A stretch of DNA of 55,177 nt, filler included, from Sphacelaria rigidula (taxonomy: Eukaryota): assembly GCA_964200075.2 (NCBI GenBank). It is 3 parts of 3 records of this genome, joined end to end, with 100 filler letters (N's around TTAATTAATTAA, not from the genome) between each part and the next. Parts side by side here need not be neighbours in the genome. Positions count along the whole stretch, not along the records: positions 36,853 to 55,177 come from CAXNAA020000876.1; 2 more parts are not named here. One strand, given 5' to 3'. A model generated the notes under the pieces. It was not told the DNA's origin and ran no database searches. It saw only the letters and a list, made by a program, of their open reading frames with translations. Both the position numbers and the translations under genes were made by a program. Shown one piece after another: positions 50,001 to 55,177 of the stretch (its first letter is position 1; each line of letters starts with the position of its first letter).

Positions 50001-52046
50001 TCGCATACTAAACCTAGGTAACGTGGGATGGAGCGTGCATTTTGTTCGGCAGAGGTTCGGCACAGGGCTGACCAGTCTACGATGTCTTCAATACGTCTTC
50101 AATATCGATCCGCATTAATTTTATTTTTGTGGGCAACGGATTTTTGGTCGGTAAGGCCTTTATTCACGGGCACAACCGTCGAGACCTGTTACCTAGGGTT
50201 CCGGAAATTCGGGCCTCTCGAACAGTCCACAGTTGGAGGCGATCCTGTAACGGCCTCATATCCTGTTTACATATCATACTATGTAGGCAATCACTCCGAC
50301 GTACACTATAGTGGCTTCCACATACGTATCTAGTCGATTTTTCTTGTATGTGCCAGAGGACAGGATGGAAGAGAGACAGAGATCTGGCGCTCTAATGGCG
50401 GACCCAAGCAGTCATACGGAGGGTCACATGGTGCAATGTACTCAATACGTCTGAACGTTTTTTTTTCCTTATGTCACGTCGTGCGCTGTCGTATCCCATA
50501 CGCCGTCACCGTATACCTTCGATTTCACGACGAAACATAGAGGAGGGAAGAGACTGCCGCTTGAAAGCTGATCCAAGGACCCACTCTCTGGCGTTAGACA
50601 CTTTGATGTCAACCTTCGAGATGTCGTTGATAAGGTTTGGAGAAGATGAGGATCACGTCCGGATGTCGACCGTGCATGCCAAGCGAGTATTCGAGGCAAG
50701 TTTCGGGATGGACGCTTTTTTTTCGCATGCGTGTGTGAGGAAATGTTTCGCACGTTAAACAAGATTGCTTTATTGCTCTCGGTTTTACAAAATCTACCGT
50801 AGTCAGACTTGGGATGTGGTACTCGCTCCATCGGGACTTCTTTCACGAACGGTCTGTCACTTTCACTCGAGAATTTTGAGAGTCAGTAGGCGTTGGAAAA
50901 AGAATCAGGCCGTCCCGAGACCACATTTCTCAATTTTTGTCGGAACAACACCGAGTACTACCACTTATATCGAGGGGATTTTATTGAAGGCATACGGCCC
51001 ATAAACAGGGCTCTTGGGCTGTAGCGCAATCAATATCGGAAAAATAGCAGAAGCGAAGGCATGAAATTCTCCGTTACAACGATCCGCATTGGTTTGGTCG
51101 AGCGAAAATGTCCAATAGCGAGGACGGGGGGCTGTACACTCGTAGGACCCCCCGAGATCAGTGAGCTCGTATCTCGTTCGAAATTAGTCGTGAAGATTAT
51201 GTTTTCCTCGAACCTTGTGTAGGGTGCTCGTGTCTCTCGATTCTCAACGTGTGGAATCAAACAGAAGCGATGATGAATCGTGGTGAGCGAAAACCTGAGC
51301 AAGGTGCAATCAATAGACGATGTGTTGTTTCAAGTTTGATTACTCGTACATTTTCGCGTGCAATTTTGTTCATGCAATGAGCGTCTCCAATTCCGTTTTG
51401 GCCCTTTCCTGTGCAGGCAGGTATATGTTGTTTTTGTGTGTTGTCTTGTATTGTCGTGTCGAGTCGTGCTTTTCGCGTTTGCTTTTGCTCTTCTTGCCGT
51501 TGTGTTGCTCGTGTGTTGGACGTACGCAACGTGTTGCTCGTTTGAGAATGAGTGTTGCCGCCCGTGTTCTCTGTAGAGATGAACGTGCAGCAGCAACAGC
51601 AGCAGCGGCAGCAGCAGCACTGTGCTCTCACGGCGCCCTGCTCTTGGTTCACGTGCAAAACATTCCCTGTATCGTGGGACCTGTTTATGCCCTTCTCTTG
51701 GAGCATGCTGTCCCTCTCGCTTGGTCTTTAGTATCATGTCGCTCCTCCTGCTGTGATCATTATTTACTCTCTTTTGCCCAACCAGTGTCATTTTCTCCAC
51801 CTAGCTTCGCTGCCTTCTCATGTGTTGTGACCGTGCCGGAAAACCTATTTCTCGTTTTGCATTGGCCCATCATGTGCCGTGCCGACTATTTCGTACTCCC
51901 TTGCCTCGCAGGAACTGCTGAATGTCGCTTGGGGAGCTCACGAGCTGAGCGCCGAGTTCGTTTCGATCTGGGAACCTTGGCTCTGGTCATCGTGTGGCGA
52001 CCGTTGCTTTTATTGGTACAGTAACACGCCACCCATTGTCGAGTAG
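44085..52046 (+). CDS. Alpha/beta-hydrolase-fold protein (~373 aa; uncharacterised LPEE...GASSGG...AxHE family); apparent 1-nt frameshift in exon 1
   Basis: Exons 44085-44277, 44382-44474, 45885-45959, 46423-46564, 47474-47545, 48363-48548, 48927-48996, 50541-50695 (GC donor) and 51912-52046. Exons 2-9 are phase-consistent. Motifs FDLPEERAIV, GCW, PLFLFGASSGG (nucleophile elbow), FFSDRV, LKADPR and ELLNVAWGAHEL (candidate catalytic His). Exon 1 needs one extra G in the G7 run at 44252-44258, so the start is uncertain. Confidence 0.8.
45250..45456 (-). repeat. SINE-like relic with Pol III B-box, in intron 2 of the hydrolase gene
   Basis: Minus-strand GGTTCGTATCCC at ~45407-45420. Internal GACGAGTTG/CAACTCGTC stem. 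Confidence 0.4.
47586..47652. repeat. 26-bp tandem repeat x2.5 (AACCGGTTCGGTATATGTGTGCGTTAG-like)
   Basis: Directly visible, intronic. Confidence 0.9.
51587..51619. repeat. (GCA)n microsatellite
   Basis: GCAGCAGCAACAGCAGCAGCGGCAGCAGCAGCA. A similar (TGC/TGT)n tract lies at ~48794-48827. Confidence 0.9.
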
Positions 52047-52789
52047 GCACGCAGGAATGCCGGGTTGTGGTGTAGATAACACGGTCCATATATTTTTCTT
52101 CCGAAAGTTTCGGAGGGAAACACGAGTTTCTTTGGTGCAGGATTTCCCTCAGGTGTTGCATAGATTTTTTGGGCGTGACGTCTTTGATAGTGAATCGGCT
52201 GCCAGGATGCAGTTGCATCTCTCTCATTCTATCCCGATTTTGGTTTTCGGAATTCCTGGTTTTCCGAAAATAGCCTTGGATATATTGGATACCGTTTTCC
52301 TAAAAAAATCGTGGATCCTCTAGTGTCATTCACGTAGTTGATCGGTTTTGTGATGGGCTCCCAGCAATCCGAAAGTTCTTTGTGTTGCAGAGACTTGTCT
52401 GAAATTCACAGCTTGTCTGTGGGTGTCAGGATGGGTCGAGGGTGATCCGCTTGGCACGAGCTGGTTCAAATAACCCTGTCGTCGTTTCTGGTGTGTAAAA
52501 GTTGAGCTCGACTCTCGAGCTACGCAGTTGAGTGATCCAAAGGTACTTAACTGTTGGATCCTCTGCAGCGAGGGGTTGATGTAGAGTTGAGATCCTTGTG
52601 TTGTTCTGTTCCATGTCGGCGGTATCATGGAGGACTGCGGTTCGATGTCACTGCTGACTGTTGCTGCTGGTACCCACTGCGCGCTGGGTTCGCTTATTTA
52701 TTTTGGTCTTGGTTTGAAGTGATGTGTGGGGTATCGAAGGTACACATAATGTGCGTCAGCTTCAAATGGTTGGGATAAAGTGCAACACT

Positions 52790-52909
52790 GCGCCCCTCTT
52801 GTGTGCAAACCTGGTCCGGCGAAAACCCGGCGTGCTCCGTGTTGGCTTCGTAGGGATGCGAGGTCAAAAGCGATATGACCATGGCATGCAAGATCATGAG
52901 TACCCCCCC
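52790..52909 (-). repeat. Dispersed repeat family R1 copy
   Basis: CCGGCGAAAACCCGGCGTGCTCCGT...GGCATGCAAGATCATGAGTACCCCCCC. Confidence 0.85.
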
Positions 52910-54399
52910 TCCCCCTCCAACCACATCTTTTGCGCGTGTTGTAATTTGTTCGTGCTGCATGCGCTTGCGTCACAAAGGATATGCCCTGATTCATTGGAGT
53001 CAGTGCTTGTTGTGAAAGTGTAGATTGCGTGTTTGTTTTGTGCTTTTCCAGGCTGGCGTACCCTCATGATTCTCGCCCTCTCTGTCTTTTATTTTATTTT
53101 TGTTCCCGTGTGCTCTCTTAGTTCAGGGTTCCTTTTGCCTGAACGGGTACGACTATTGGTCTGTTTTGTTCTGTGCGGTGGGAGGGGCTCGATGGTTGGG
53201 GAAAAAGCATCGAGTTAGCTTACGAGAATTTTGGCGGATTGTGTGCGTGAGCCTCCACCACTACGAACTCATTCGGGTATTTTGATGACTTTGGTGTCCG
53301 CCTCTAGCGTACTTGAGTTTATGTTTTATAGAAGATCCGTTGGGATCGATTTCCCTCTTCGTATTACTTTGTTTTTCTTCGAGTGTCATATGCGATACTT
53401 TGCCAGTTCCCCTTCTAGTCATTGAGTAATCTAGATCGGATGTGAAGTGCATAGGGATGCAGTTCTGCTACGGAGCACACCGTGGGGCGCATCGTGCGTT
53501 GTGCATCGTTGTAAATCAAGCTGAGGGTATGGACTTGTGTTGTTGTGGTCCTCATTACATATATTGTTGGTTTTTGTGTAATTTTGGTCTTCCGATTTGT
53601 GTGTGTTTTGAGGTTTGACACATACGTATGTATTGTCGAAACGTGCTGTCCTTTAGTCTCGATTGAGTGGGTGGTGGTGAGGCTTTGACCGACCCATGTG
53701 TATCTACAGTGCTATGCTGAACTCACCACGAATTCTAGTGAGTTGTAATATGTATTTTCTGGGGAGGCTGAATGGCGGCCTACCGTGTACTTTGCTTGGC
53801 GCTTGGGATGATGATGGAGATTGTGTCAGTAGGAAAAACCAGACCTTTCCCGTGTGCCTCCTTTCCAAAAAAGATGCGTTGGCTGCGGTTAAGGCTGTTA
53901 CACGTGGATTCCGATCCAATCTTCGTTGGTGCACAGAACCTGTACGTGCGCCTATGAGGTACAGCAGCAGCCTATTAATTACTCGTAGTGGTGTTATGCT
54001 ATTTGTCGCACTTCGACCCTGCCCCTTCCTCAGGGCGAGTCCATGGTGTCGAGGGATCAGCTCATCTCTCTCCGGTACACGTCTTTCTTTTATGGTCTCG
54101 CGGATTGGGTCAGCTCCCGCATCGCGTCAAGTCTCTTCAAACGCACTCCGTCAAGAACTTTTTACTTACTCACATACTCGCGCTTTCGACGGTGAGAGTC
54201 AGATACTTCGTAGAAGAAACTTGACGTGTCGGGGAACGAACCTACACTCTCCCACAATGGCGACAGTCGGACCATAACGCCACCGCGGCGCGGTGGCAAC
54301 CTATTATTGTTGGCTATTCCTTGTAAGGAATGAAAAAGTCATCCAACGATAGGGGGGGGGGGGGGGTGTTTTGGACCACTTATGTGAAATTCCAGATCA

Positions 54400-54715
54400 A
54401 ATCGTCGTTGGAAGCAGCAACGATTGCTCGAGCGAGCTTGATATCGACAGATGACGCTCATTCATACCGATCGACACAGTCTTGAACCAACTACAAGCGC
54501 ACCGCGAGCGTGGCAGGTCGTCTGGCACACTAATGAGCCTTTTTTTTAGTGCAATCGCAATCCCTCCCCCGCCCCTGTCGTGAAATGACTCGAAACCAGC
54601 GCCTGTTTTTCTGTTTGCCCAAGGAAAGCCAGACCTGGACTCAACTGCCCTGCTCGTCCTCATTCCTACATGTGTAGGTCGTGAGACATTTGCAAACTTC
54701 GCGTGAGCCAACAGT
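54400..54715 (-). mobile_element. Possible LINE endonuclease (APE) relic
   Basis: TGAGFESFHDRGGGGIAIALKKRL resembles the APE DR..GGGVAI.VK motif. Nothing else is recognisable. Confidence 0.25.
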
Positions 54716-55177
54716 ACATGAAAGCCGTTTTGAGCCCAGGATTCTACAGGCTAGTTCATTTTGATCACCCAAAAAACACTCATCGGCAAAACCTCAAGCC
54801 GTTTGAAGGAGTTAGACCCTGACATTTTGCACGAATGATCTATGGGTAACTACGCAACTTTCAAAAGTCGTTTTCTTTTTTTTTAATTTTTGACTTTTTT
54901 TCACCGTCTTTCGGGGGTCCCAGTTTTTTTGGGGAAACCTCGACCCAATCGGACCCCCATAAAGCGGTAACAACCTCCCCACCCTCGTTCATCCAGAGTT
55001 GCGTCATGACCCGAAGCACAGTTGTACAAAATTTCAGGGTCTAACTCCTTAAACCGCAAACTACTTGATTTTAGTACCAAAACGGCGTTTTTGGACCTTC
55101 TTTGACGTGAACATGGAAATTCAAGCATCGGTTGATCGATTTTTGCGACGAGAAACTGTGGAGCCCATCCTTGGGTT

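Noticed and set aside
51320..52024. 234-aa ORF with poly-Ala
   Set aside because: Produced by intronic T-rich sequence and a GCA microsatellite. The real exon 9 is in another frame.
53696..54277. 193-aa plus-strand ORF
   Set aside because: No recognisable domain, and its second half is an R2 repeat.

Overview
Eukaryotic, intron-rich, repeat-rich genomic DNA, most consistent with a brown alga or another photosynthetic stramenopile. The basis is an ASAFAP-type plastid presequence, long introns with short exons, and the retroelement types; this is inference, not a database result. Two 100-bp assembly gaps (N44-TTAATTAATTAA-N44) split the window into three contigs. (1) 1-18326 is a nest of decayed LTR retrotransposons: Gypsy A sits inside Gypsy B, which sits inside a Copia element. 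These are followed by tandem-repeat arrays, several copies of one LTR family including a fold-back pair, and a minus-strand Gypsy C. (2) 18427-36752 holds two divergently transcribed multi-exon genes: a plastid-targeted NAD(P)-binding/CIA30-domain protein (minus, 3' end missing at the gap) and a BMT5/DUF2431-like rRNA methyltransferase (plus, 7 exons, 548 aa). Nested inverted repeats lie between them. (3) 36853-55177 holds a degenerate minus-strand transposase-like relic with an AP2-like motif and a 9-exon alpha/beta-hydrolase gene (plus) with a GC-AG intron and a homopolymer frameshift. Best leads: Gypsy integrases carrying a Tudor-like module behind the chromodomain, the AP2-bearing relic, and a one-ended dispersed repeat family that forms fold-back insertion structures. 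All protein assignments come from motif recognition by eye.
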